This document shows, piece by piece, positions 44,452 through 55,427 of a DNA stretch of 64,000 nt (position 1 is the stretch's first letter; each line of letters starts with the position of its first letter). Source of the DNA: Eledone cirrhosa (taxonomy: Eukaryota). The position numbers were made by a program, and so were the translations under genes. The notes beneath the pieces are model-generated. The model did not search any database. It saw only the letters and a program-made list of their open reading frames with translations, and was not told the DNA's origin. The stretch covers positions 12,586,001 to 12,650,000 of the forward strand of contig OZ024765.1 of the NCBI GenBank assembly GCA_964016885.1. Reading direction: 5' to 3'.

Positions 44452-44705
44452 CATCATCATCATCATCATCATCGTTTAATGTCTATCTTTCACGCTAGCA
44501 TGGGTTTAGACGAGAATTGTCCCACTTGAGGCAAGATTGGTTGTCTCGTTTGTATAGGACTGTCTGGCAGGTTTTCTACGGCTGGATGCCCTTCCTAACA
44601 CCAATCACGTTTACAGTGTGAACTGGGAGGTTTTTACCGTGTTACCTACACGGCCACATTACAGCGTCGACTGTGTGTTTTCTTTTTGTCGTGACACCTA
44701 CACGA
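44452..44705 (-). mobile_element. SINE B-type 3' half; unexpanded relative of the 112-bp array
   Basis: CCCACTTGAGGCAAGA..TAGGACTGTCTGGCAGGTTTTCTACGGCTGGATGCCCTTCC..GGGAGGTTTTTACCGTGTT..GGCCACATTACAGCG is the reverse complement of 59580-62070 with a single unit. Confidence 0.8.
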
Positions 44706-45019
44706 GCGTATTTATTTAGGACTGAATGTTGTGGCCATAATACAAATTGATTCTATAACTATTTAGTTATATAGTTATATAGCTATATAAATACTCAACT
44801 ACAGATATTATATATCTATTGTATATGCCACACCTAACTCCGAAAGACTAGTAATATTTTATGATCTGTCTCTTTGCTAATCTGTGTCGGGTTTCTTAAT
44901 ATCTTCAAGTGGGTGGACATGGCAAAATGTTTTCTTTAGATTAGAGCAGCTAATTGCCATGCCTCTTCTCACCCTATGCACACAATCCTATACCCCCCCC
45001 CCCTCCATATATATATATA

Positions 45020-45386
45020 TTTGAGGGCGGCTGGCTGTGAAGCTAGTTGGTCAGCCGCCCTTTCTGTCTCTGGTTTCCCGGACCCATGGTTTTTCGGACC
45101 CATGGCTTTTTACATATTCCTTTGTTATATTCCAATACCTGATGATATCACCGGATTCATATGGAACCCGGTCATTGAAATGATCATAGTATAATAAACC
45201 TTTCAAGGATTTACACCAGTCCAGCCTCCTGTTATTTCATTTATAATTAACTCCGTGTTGGCACCACCAACTACACAAATGAAGATGGGTGAACTGCACT
45301 GCGTTGAGTACTCTTCACAATATTACACCAGGATTGACCATACGGAATGACCAGTTCTATCCAGTGGTGAACCAACAAACCTTAAG

Positions 45387-45388
<2 letters not shown>
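45020..45388 (+). mobile_element. Hammerhead element, family H7, in (TA)n
   Basis: Hammerhead followed by AATAAA and CGTTGAGTAC (45302). (TA)n on both sides. Confidence 0.55.
45135..45192 (+). ncRNA. Type I hammerhead ribozyme (H7)
   Basis: ATAC-CTGATGA-[TATC ACCGG attcatatggaac CCGGT CATT]-GAAA-TGATCA-TA-GTAT, with palindromic stem III ATGATCAT. Confidence 0.7.
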
Positions 45389-45420
<32 letters not shown>

Positions 45421-45537
45421 TATATTATTATACTTGGGGAGGGTCATATTGTTATAATATTGCCAGAAATAATAACAGAACACACTCACTGTTTGGTTTG
45501 GGTTGGTTTTCGCTTCTGTATCTTTTATATCTCCATA

Positions 45538-46554
45538 CTGATTCTGCTATAAGAACCAGATCGTCAGCATAGAGAAGTTCCCATGGAAGCCAGTCTTAAA
45601 CTCCTCTGTTATGGCTTGGAGGACTATAATGAACAAGAGCGGGCTGAGGACCGAACCTAGTTGTTCTCCTACTTGTATCTGGAATTCCTCACTAAACTCC
45701 ATTCCTACCCTGACTTTACTGACAGTACCTCTGTACAAAGTTTGCACTGTCCTCACAAGCCATTCCTCAACACCTAGTTTCCTTAGGGACCACCAGATGA
45801 CAGATCGGGGTACCCTATTAAAGGCCTTCTTTAGGTCAACAAAGGCTAAGTATAGTGGCTTATTTTTCTCTAAGAACCTCTCTTGCAATTGTCTCACTAA
45901 GAAGAGGGCATCTGTTGTACTCTTCCCAGGCACAAAACCAAACTGCATCTCATCTAGTTTGAACCTTTCTCTAATTAGTTGTGCTAATATCCTTTCTGCC
46001 ACTTTCATAACCTGATCCATCAGTTTTATACCCCTATAGTTGCTCCTCTCCAGAGCAACCCCTTTACCTTTGTAGCAATTTATGAGAATACTGCTGCACC
46101 AGTCTTTGGGTATGACACCACCATATATAGCCTGATTGATGATGCGTGCAACCAGTTTAGTGCCTACGTCCCCTGATGCCTTCAGCATCTCAGCAACTAT
46201 CACCGATGGTCCAGCAGCCTTACCATTTTTCATTTCCTTAATCGCCTCTTGGACCCTATATTCGTCAATCTCAATAGTTGGTCCCTCTGTCGGATCAACT
46301 GAGGGTAATTTCTCTCTCTCCCATTCATTCTCCACATTCATCAGTCTCTCATAATGACATTTCCAGGCCTCCTTTTTCTGATCATTCATGACACTAAGTA
46401 CACCGGCATCATCCCGGACACATTTATCTCCAACAACATCCTGATTTGCATTGACACACTGCCTTGCAATGTGGAACACCGCACACCTCTGATCTTCCTG
46501 TCGCAGAACATTGGCAAACCTCCTACTCTCAGCCTCCCTGCGTGCTAAGTACAC
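45538..46554 (-). pseudogene. RTE-clade LINE reverse transcriptase fragment
   Basis: 335-aa ORF with RT motifs MKNGKAAGPS, YKGKG..NYRGIKLM, QFGFVPGKSTTDA, AFVDLKKAFNRVP and QLGSVLSPLLF. PWELLYADDLVL follows after a frameshift near 45590. Truncated at both ends. Confidence 0.92.
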
Positions 46555-46623
46555 CTATATATATATGTATATAATATATATATATGTATATAAATATATA
46601 TATGTATGTATGTATATATATAT

Positions 46624-47003
46624 GTAGGAGGTGAGTTTTATTGTAGCACAATAAAGCAATGCAAATATCGGATAAGTAGCACTCAACAGTTTATAGGACT
46701 GGAGTATAAATAATATAAGATCAAAAGATGGTTAAAAGAGTTCCATATTATGCGCATTTCAAAAACAAATATCATCATGGGATGATATTTACGTTCTCAT
46801 CAGATAAAATAGGGAGACATGATATGAAGCTTAAAAATGTTGATTTAACACTTCACTGCTCGCAAGTGTTTTTTAAGCTTCATATCATGTCTCCCTATTT
46901 TATCTGATGAGAACGTAAATATCATCCCATGATGATATTTGTTTTTGAAATGCGTATAATAAAATACATGGAACTCTTTTAACCATCTTTTGATCTTATA
47001 TTA
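46624..47003 (-). mobile_element. Fold-back hammerhead element, family H3, in (TA)n
   Basis: Homologous to 39013-39428. Inverted arms centred near 46850. GCACTCAACAG motif at 46679. Confidence 0.75.
46896..46966 (+). ncRNA. Type I hammerhead ribozyme (H3 variant)
   Basis: TATTTTAT-CTGATGA-[GAAC GTAAATATCATC CCAT GATGATATTTGT TTTT]-GAAA-TGCGTA-TA-ATAAAATA. Stem II substitutions relative to the 39.3-kb copy retain pairing. Confidence 0.78.
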
Positions 47004-47005
47004 TG

Positions 47006-47037
<32 letters not shown>

Positions 47038-47175
47038 AATATATATATGTATATAAATATATATATATATGTATATAAATATATATATGTATATAAATAT
47101 ATATATGTATATACAGATCATATATATATATATGTATATAATATATGTATATGTATATAAATATATATATGTATG

Positions 47176-47221
<46 letters not shown>

Positions 47222-47397
47222 TATGTATATAATATATATATATGTATATAAATATATATATGTATATACAGATCATATATATATATGTATATAATATATA
47301 TATATGTATATAAATATATATATGTATGTATGTATATATATATATATATATATATACATATATATGTATATAATATATATATATGTATATAAATATA

Positions 47398-47446
<49 letters not shown>

Positions 47447-47693
47447 CTCTCCACTCCTGTTATTTTAGACCCTTAACTCCCACTGCTCCTCTTTAACCCC
47501 CTCTTATTATCCAATATCTTCTCTACATTTTATTCTGCCAAAGCTTCAACAGATTATCTTCGGATTAGCCTGTCTTCATCTTAATTGGCTCACAATCCAC
47601 TATCTATCTATCTAACTGGTTCTCTCTTTCTTTTCCTCCTTCTCTAAGTGTCTATCTACCTACATATCCATCTGTTTGTCTGCCAGTCCGTTA

Positions 47694-47755
<62 letters not shown>

Positions 47756-48400
47756 GCGTGCGAGACGAAGAAACCGTCGCGCACGCATTCATACACTGCC
47801 CGGGCGTCACTGACCTGTGGGGCTATGTAGAACGACTATTGTCGCGGGTGGGACCAATCCAGTTGACCACCGAGTCCATTGTCATGATCAAACCGCCACC
47901 CTCCTTCAAAAACGAAGGAGAGGCGGTTTTCCTTTGTGTGATAGCTATGGCGAAAGAGGTTGTATGGTGGACAAGGTTGAAAGGGCTGAGGTCAGACACC
48001 TTTCTCTCCGGCCAACAACTGATTCTTTTTTTCAAATACCACTTTGGAAGAAGAATCAGGATGGAGAGAGAGGTGCTGTACCCCAGCAAGTTTTATGAAA
48101 AGTGGGTGAAAGTGGCGAGAATGGCCCGAGTGAATGGGCCTTCTCTCTATATCAGCCTGTAGGTTGAGGAAAAGGAGGAGGAGAGGAAAGGAGTACAAGC
48201 TCTTCGTACTCCTGGAGATGAGGGTTGCACATTTTTTTCGGGGGTCTGTGTTACCCATATAAACTGTCTCCCTCTATTGGGGAAAATCGACTAACTTTTA
48301 AATTCCATCTGTGATAACATTTTACACGTTTTTATTGTATGTAAACTTCCCCCCTTTGTATTTGTCCCCTTCTTTTGTGCCCCTGTGGCTAATAAAGAAA
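47756..48400 (+). mobile_element. Tx1/L1-clade LINE 3' fragment (copy 1 of tandem pair)
   Basis: CVRDEETVAHAFIHCPGVTDLWGYV...KEVVWWTRLKG. Starts in (TATC)n and ends GGCTAATAAAGAAA into (TATC)n. Confidence 0.85.
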
Positions 48401-48402
48401 TA

Positions 48403-48437
<35 letters not shown>

Positions 48438-49082
48438 GCGTGCGAGACGAAGAAACCGTCGCGCACGCATTCATACACTGCCCGGGCGTCACTGACCTGT
48501 GGGGCTATGTAGAACGACTATTGTCGCGGGTGGGACCAATCCAGTTGACCACCGAGTCCATTGTCATGATCAAACCGCCACCCTCCTTCAAAAACGAAGG
48601 AGAGGCGGTTTTCCTTTGTGTGATAGCTATGGCGAAAGAGGTTGTATGGTGGACAAGGTTGAAAGGGCTGAGGTCAGACACCTTTCTCTCCGGCCAACAA
48701 CTGATTCTTTTTTTCAAATACCACTTTGGAAGAAGAATCAGGATGGAGAGAGAGGTGCTGTACCCCAGCAAGTTTTATGAAAAGTGGGTGAAAGTGGCGA
48801 GAATGGCCCGAGTGAATGGGCCTTCTCTCTATATCAGCCTGTAGGTTGAGGAAAAGGAGGAGGAGAGGAAAGGAGTACAAGCTCTTCGTACTCCTGGAGA
48901 TGAGGGTTGCACATTTTTTTCGGGGGTATGTGTTACCCATATAAACTGTCTCCCTCTATTGGGGAAAATCGACTAACTTTTAAATTCCATCTGTGATAAC
49001 ATTTTACACGTTTTTATTGTATGTAAACTTCCCCCTTTGTATTTGTCCCCTTCTTTTGTGCCCCTGTGGCTAATAAAGAAAT
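48438..49082 (+). mobile_element. Tx1/L1-clade LINE 3' fragment (copy 2 of tandem pair)
   Basis: Almost identical to 47756-48400, 682-bp period, same 5' truncation point. Confidence 0.85.
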
Positions 49083-49195
49083 ATATCTATCTGTCTGTCT
49101 GTATATGGATATGTATGGAAATGACTTCTACAGGAGTAGAATTGTTTCATTTGTAAGAAATCATCATATATATACATATGTATGATGTATGTATG

Positions 49196-49242
<47 letters not shown>

Positions 49243-49248
<6 letters not shown>

Positions 49249-49390
49249 TCTACTTTTGGCACAAGGCCAGCAAATACCCAGTACATTACTGGTACTTTAT
49301 TTTATCGACCCCGTAAGGATGAAAGGCAAAGTTAACCTCGACGGGATTTGAACTCAGACAGTAAAGGGACGTAACTATGCTAGAAAGCAT
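49243..49390 (-). mobile_element. SINE family A, 5'-truncated
   Basis: Matches positions 64-208. Confidence 0.75.
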
Positions 49391-49535
49391 ATATATATAT
49401 ATATATATATATGAAAAACAAGGGGAGAGGAATACTGCGGGGTTGCACATGGATTACATATTATAAAATTAGTCCCTCATCAGTGATTTGCCAACCATCA
49501 TTGGTATTTCATCGCATATATATATATATATCTGT

Positions 49536-49940
49536 GAGAGATGACCCCTTAGCCTTTGTCAAGGCAGAATTCTAGGAGAAGGAAAACACTGATATAACAC
49601 CTGCAACCCTGATGGTATCCAATGATGTTGACTTGTTCTTCTTTTTGGTAAATATCATCTTGGTTAAGAGAGTGGGACTGGCTTTGTGCAGTTCCTTTGC
49701 TCACTATAAAAGCTTCACGGCACAGGCATTGCTTTATATCTGGAGATCTCTCTGCACTTGTCGTCACATGGTACCATGGGCCCAGCACTGTGTCAATAAT
49801 TGTCACAAGTGTAGTGTTTGTACCAGAGTTTTCAAGTCGCTGGCTGGACTAAAAAGTCACACTTGTTCAGCGCATCAGTAGGAGTTCTCCTACATGGATA
49901 TAAAGTCGTGGCCGTACTCGAAAACGAGTTGGCAGCCACC
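49536..49940 (+). mobile_element. RTE-like LINE 3'-end derived element
   Basis: Encodes ..IWRSLC..CSVCTRVFKSLAGLKSHTCSAH (C2H2-like tail of RTE ORFs). Short 3' UTR with CTCGAAAACGAG hairpin running into (TA)n. Second copy at 63664-64000. Confidence 0.55.
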
Positions 49941-49964
49941 ATATATATATATATATATATATAT

Positions 49965-50218
49965 TAAGTGTTTCCATAGGAAAGGTAATGGAAAGGAGAG
50001 TGCTCTATGTAGACTACAGAGCTATTTAGTTATGTAATAAACAACATAAGATAATTATTTCATTTACCAAAGGTAAATGGAAATTAATTTAAAACATCCG
50101 TCTTAAATAAATTTTTGTTCTCACGAACGATTTCAGACATCTGTGTCAAGCTCGTCTGTCTTCATGAAACCTTTGGTAAATGGAATAATTGTCTTATGTT
50201 GTTTATTACATAACTATT
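49965..50218 (-). mobile_element. Fold-back hammerhead element, family H5, in (TA)n
   Basis: Inverted arms about 50027-50073 and 50168-50215. Plus-strand hammerhead with mutated core TTTTGTT-CTCACGA...GAAA-CCTTTGG-TA-AATGGAA at 50113-50185. Confidence 0.6.
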
Positions 50219-50234
50219 TATATATATATAAAGG

Positions 50235-50625
50235 GGCACATGGCTTAGTGGTTAGAGCATTGGCCTTGCAATTGAAAGGTTGTGAGTTCAATTCTCGGAC
50301 CGGGTGATGTTTTGTTTCCTTGAGCAAGACACTTTATTTCACGTTGCTCCAGTTTACCCAGCTGTAGAATTGAGATGATAGGGACTGGGGTCCCTATCAT
50401 TCCACTGTAAAGTGGTTGTGTAGGTGCCACGGAAAAAAAGCACCCAGCACTCACTGTAAATGAGGTTGGTGTTAGGAAGGGCATCCAGCTGTAGAAATCA
50501 AGCCAGAATCAGTTCCCGTATGAGCAAGACAAGGTCAGTCGACCGGACACTGCCCACAAAAGGACAATCCGACTAACCCACGCTAGCGTGGAAGAACAGA
50601 CGTAAAACAGTGATGATGATGATGA
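50235..50625 (+). mobile_element. tRNA-derived SINE, family B, full length
   Basis: A-box TGGCTTAGTGG, B-box GAGTTCAATTC, CCTTGAGCAAGACACTT central motif, GGTGTTAGGAAGGGCATCCAG, tail AGACGTAAAAC..(TGA)n. Confidence 0.85.
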
Positions 50626-50629
50626 TATA

Positions 50630-50639
50630 TATATGTTTG

Positions 50640-50671
<32 letters not shown>

Positions 50672-51245
50672 TATCTATCTAGGTATCTGAGTAGGTGTCT
50701 GTCCATCTCCTTCTCCCCCCCTCCCCAACCACATATATATATATATGTTTGTATATATATATATATATACATCTATCTATCTAGGTATCTGAGTAGGTGT
50801 CTGTCCATCTCCTTCTCTCCCTCCCCTCCACCACATATATATATATATGTTTGTATATATATATATATATACATCTATCTATCTAGGTATCTGAGTAGGT
50901 GTCTGTCCATCTCCTTCTCCCCCCCTCCCCAACCACATATATATATATATGTTTGTATATATATATATATATATATACATCTATCTATCTAGGTATCTGA
51001 GTAGGTGTCTGTCCATCTCCTTCTCTCCCTCCCCTCCACCACATATATATATATATGTTTGTATATATATATATATATACATCTATCTATCTAGGTATCT
51101 GAGTAGGTGTCTGTCCATCTCCTTCTCCCCCCCCCCCTCCCCAACCACATATATATATATATGTTTGTATATATATATATATACATCTATCTATCTAGGT
51201 ATCTGAGTAGGTGTCTGTCCATCTCCTTCTCCCCCCCCCCCATAT
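50630..51245. repeat. About 103-bp tandem repeat, 6 copies, with internal TA and C runs
   Basis: CTAGGTATCTGAGTAGGTGTCTGTCCATCTCCTTCTC recurs near 50679, 50782, 50883, 50989, 51091 and 51195. Confidence 0.9.
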
Positions 51246-51590
51246 ATATATATATATATATTTATATATGTCTTTATGTCTGTTTATCTACCTATATATC
51301 CACCTATCCACCTACATGTCTGGCTTTCTAGTCACAAAAAAAAAAAAAAAGCAAAAAACAAAAAAAAAAACTGAGGGTCCCAGATTAAATGTCTCCCCAC
51401 CACCCTTACCACCCCGCCACCTCCTCCTCCCCCAACACCACCATCATCAACTCCTACTTACTGACACCCCGCGGCTGCAGCAGCCCAATCAGCTCGATCA
51501 TTAGTATTTAATCCCCAACATATGTAATGAATGACCTTGCTATATGAGAGAAAGAAGAGAAAGAGCATTGGTTGTTACTAAATGCAAATG

Positions 51591-51626
<36 letters not shown>

Positions 51627-51764
51627 ATGTATATGTATACATATATATACCTTGAATTTCGCTCTCCTCTCCTTTTTAGTTTCTTCTCTACTTTGGTTTA
51701 GTTTTTGCTTTCCTTTCCTCTCTCTCTATCCCCGTGTGTGTATATATATATATTTATATATATA

Positions 51765-52042
51765 ATTTAATGTATAATAAACAATACAATATAATTACCT
51801 CATTACCAGAGGTTTCCCGAATAAGACGAATACAAGAAACGTCCGCATTCGTTCGTCAGACAAGGTAAATTTCCTTGTCTGACGAATTCAGACGTTTCTT
51901 GTATTCGTCTTATTCGGGAAACCTCTGGTAATGAGGTAATTATATTGTATTGTTTATTATACATTAAATTTAGCTCTGTAACTTACATAGAGCACTCTTC
52001 ACTCCTATGACTTTTTCAATTTTCAATGGAAACTTTAATACT
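51765..52042 (+). mobile_element. Fold-back hammerhead element, family H5, in (TA)n
   Basis: About 100-bp inverted arms centred near 51869, then tail AGCTCTGTAACTTACATAGAGCACTCT shared with the 49965 and 62816 copies. Confidence 0.7.
51795..51868 (-). ncRNA. Type I hammerhead ribozyme (H5)
   Basis: Minus strand TTACCTTGT-CTGACGA-[A CGAAT GC GGACG tttcttgtatt CGTCT T ATTCG G]-GAAA-CC(TCT)GG-TA-ATGAGGTAA. 9-bp stem I with two G-U pairs. Confidence 0.72.
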
Positions 52043-52494
52043 TATATATATAAATAAATGAAAAATGGTGAGCTGTGTTGTTGCAAGTATGATATATATA
52101 ATAAAATGAAGAATTAGAAATAGATAAAGCGTTAAACTAATATATAACTTCATTATGCTGTACCATTTTCTGTTTATTTTTCGCCTATATATATATATAT
52201 ATATATATTTCGTTTCTGAATTTGTTTAGCACGATTCTTTATCTGAAAACGTGTGTTGAAACCGATGTGTGACGAAAGAACTTTGACAATATATAAACAA
52301 TCGTCTGGTTGTGGAGCCAACCAACCAACCAACCGGAAATTTATAAATTCCTAAATTTATAAATTTATTATAATAAATTGAAGTGAAAGCAACTGGTGCA
52401 TGTGTTTCTTATTGGCAACATGACCCTCCCAAAGTTACCCGACCTCCCATGGGTACATGCTGAAGCATATAGACAATATGCCCCCACTCCCCCC

Positions 52495-52765
52495 ACCGCA
52501 AGGTGGTCGTGGAGGTGCCATGGCAAAAAAGGACCCAGCCCACACTGTAAAGTGGACGTGTAGGCGCCACGAAAAAGCACCCAGCACTCACTGTAAATGA
52601 GGTTGGTGTTAGGAAGGGCATCCAGCTGTAGAAATCAAGCCAGATCAGTTCCTGTATGAGCAAGGCATGGTCAGCCGACCAGACACTGCCCACAACAGGA
52701 CAACCCGTCTAACCCATGCTAGCGTGGAAGAACGGACGTAAAATGGTGATGATGATGATGATGAT
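52495..52765 (+). mobile_element. SINE family B 3' half
   Basis: Matches 50400-50625, with the internal 48-49-bp unit present twice. Confidence 0.75.
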
Positions 52766-52790
52766 ATGTGTGTGTGTGTGTATATATATA

Positions 52791-52836
<46 letters not shown>

Positions 52837-52899
52837 TTTATTCAAGTTGCTATCTCTTGGAATATATATAAATGTATATATATATATATATATATCATT

Positions 52900-53051
52900 A
52901 ACATCATCATCATCATTTTACGTCCGCTTTTCCCTGCTTGCAACTGTGGGATGGGTCTTCTTCAGCACATCATCTCTCCATTTGTCACGGTCCTTCGTTA
53001 TCTCCTCTGTGAACTTCAGCAATCTGTGGTCACCTCTCACCACCTCCGCCC
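52900..53051 (-). mobile_element. RTE LINE extreme 3' fragment
   Basis: Homologous to 25982-26133. Confidence 0.7.
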
Positions 53052-54038
53052 AAACAACAAAAATCCCAATATCTAGCAAACAAACTCATGGTCAGCCATG
53101 ACTAAAGAGACTCTTAAAAAGACAGATTTGTTATAATCAAAGTCACTACCAGATTTAGGACAAATGAGGCACTGTGCTAGTTAAATTATGAGGCCCCTTA
53201 CATGGGTCCTGAAGAAGGTAGGCTCAGTAAAACATTTGAAAAATTCATCATAAAAATTGTTTTAGGCAGGAAGATGGGCTCCCAACAATGACAGTGAAAT
53301 ATTTAGCAGAGAAACTCATGTTCAGCCATGACTAAAGAGGCCCCTAAAAATACAGATTTGTTATGATCAAAGTTCATTTAATAAAAGGACTACTGAAGTA
53401 GAAGGATTTATTTGGGGTTAAACAATGACAACAAAAATCCCAATATTTCCTGGGTGACAATAAAATATTTAGCAGACAAATTCATGCTTAGCCATGACTT
53501 AAGTGATCTTTAAAAAGACAGATTTGTTATAATAAAAAATTGATTTAACCCTTTAGCATTTAAACCGGCTGTATCTGCCCAGAATTCTCTCACCTCTTTC
53601 AGTTCAAACTGGCCATAACCGGTTGCTCATCCAACATTAAGGTATTTTTCTAAAAATAAATAATATAAAAATCTCATAGATTTGATATTATGTGAGATAA
53701 TTATGCGAGGTAAAGCCTTTACCATGAAAATACAATAGTATATATAGAGTAAAGCTAAAGAGTTAATAATAGGTCTGCTGAAGTAGATCAGTTTATATGG
53801 GGTTAAACAACAAACAACAAACAACAAAAATCCCAATATTTCCTGGGAAACAATGAAATATTTAGCAGAGAAACTCATGGTCAGCCATAACAAAGAGGCC
53901 CTTAAAAATACAGATTGGTTATAATCAAAGTTCTTTTAATAATAGGACTACTGAAGTGGAAGGATTTATCTGGGGTTAAACAACAAACAAAAAAAATCCC
54001 AATATTTCCGGGGTGACAATGAAATATTTAGCAGACAA
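53052..54038. repeat. Degenerate tandem repeat (about 165-230 bp) interrupted by a MITE
   Basis: AATATTTAGCAGA(G/C)AAACTCATG..CAGCCATGACTAAAGAG..ACAGATTTGTTATAATCAAAGT recurs about 5 times. Confidence 0.75.
53549..53762. mobile_element. piggyBac-type MITE
   Basis: TTAA CCCTTTAGCATTTA ... AAAGCTAAAGAG TTAA, inserted at a TTAA of the tandem repeat. Confidence 0.7.
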
Positions 54039-54129
54039 TGGTCCAAGCATGTTTTGACTTGAAAGATTTTGGCTATTGTCACATGAACAATAACTTTCTG
54101 TAGTCCTATCTTCATTTTTAATCATTTTT

Positions 54130-54730
54130 TTGTGATGTGGTGTGGTGTTTTGTGTAGTGTGGTGTGGTGTAGGGCTGTGTGGTGTGGTGTGGTGTGGTGT
54201 GGTGTGGTGTAGTGCAGCGCGGGGTGGTGTAGTGTGTTATGGGGTGATGTGGGGTTGTGTGGTTTGGTGTTGTGGACTGGTTTTGTGTGCTGTGGTGTTG
54301 TGTGGTGTGTGTGTGGTGTAGAGTGGTATGGTGTTCTGAGGTATGGTGGAGTGCAATATGGAATGGTGTGGTGTAGTGTGCTGTGGTGTTGTGTGGTGTG
54401 GTGGGGTTCTATTTGGAATGGTGTGATATGGAGTGGTGGGGTGTAGTGTAGTGGGGTGTAGTGTGGTGTGGGGTTGTGTGGTGTGGTGTGGTGGGGTGCG
54501 ATGTAGTATGGTGCGGTATGGAGTGGTGTGGTAAGGTGTGGTATAATGTGGTGTGGTGTAGTGTGGTATGGGGTTGTGTGGTATGATGTAGTGAGGTTTT
54601 GTTTGGTTTTGTGTGATGTACTGGGGTGTAGTATGGTGTAGTGTGGTGTGGTGTAGTGTGATGTGGTGCGATGTGAAGTGGTGTAGTGTGATATAGTACA
54701 GTATGTGTGGTATCATGTGGTGTGTGTCAC
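54130..54730. repeat. (GTGTG/GTGTA)n pentanucleotide microsatellite, degenerate
   Basis: Direct inspection. Confidence 0.9.
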
Positions 54731-54923
54731 CAGTACCAACACCACCACCATCATCATCATCATCATTACCAACATCAACAGCAACAGCAACACTATGATA
54801 ATCACTGCATCCATTCAACACCCCACTGACACCAACAGCAACAACTAACAGAAGGACTAGCGTCCGAAACATTAAGACCCTCTTCCTGCTATTTCAAGTA
54901 TTAAACTTATATATCCTTTATTT

Positions 54924-54979
54924 ACTGCTATATATATTTCGATAATAGCCATTGAATGGCTATGACCTCATCAGGCAGT
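54924..54979 (-). ncRNA. Type I hammerhead ribozyme (H9)
   Basis: Minus strand ACTGC-CTGATGA-[GGT C ATAGCCAT tca ATGGCTAT T ATC]-GAAA-TATATA-TA-GCAGT, then AATAAA. Palindromic stem III ATATATAT. Confidence 0.8.
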
Positions 54980-55427
54980 TAGTCAGTTCTTAGATATGCC
55001 AGCTCTGTGTTTATAGTGTTGATGGTATCAGAGTCTTTGGACATATGAGCTTGTTAGGAATAATTTAATGTTGTCAGCAGGAATAGTCTTGATTCTCATT
55101 GGTCAGTTTGTAGATGGTAGTAGGGTTGGTATTTGACCTCAAAGAGGCAGGTGGTGTTGTAAAGTTCAAACCGTCAGACATGATGACAATAGTTCCATAT
55201 GACTGATTTTCATAAAAGACATTCCTGGTCAGATATATATTCAATTAAGGTTAATAGTGTGAAATGGATACTACAGGTCATTCTTAAATTGAGGAATTCC
55301 TGAAATTTATGGTTGGAGTGGAAAATTTACAAGTAAAAAGACTTATGTAGGTTGGCTTGCACTACACTCACACCCACCATATATATATATATATATATAT
55401 ATACATATGAATGTATCATCATTCATC

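Noticed and set aside
50235-50310. tRNA gene
   Set aside because: A and B boxes are present but continue into a multicopy SINE body, and I could not fold a complete cloverleaf.
52230-52290. CTGAAAA...GAAA hammerhead-like string
   Set aside because: The core deviates and stems I and III do not pair convincingly.
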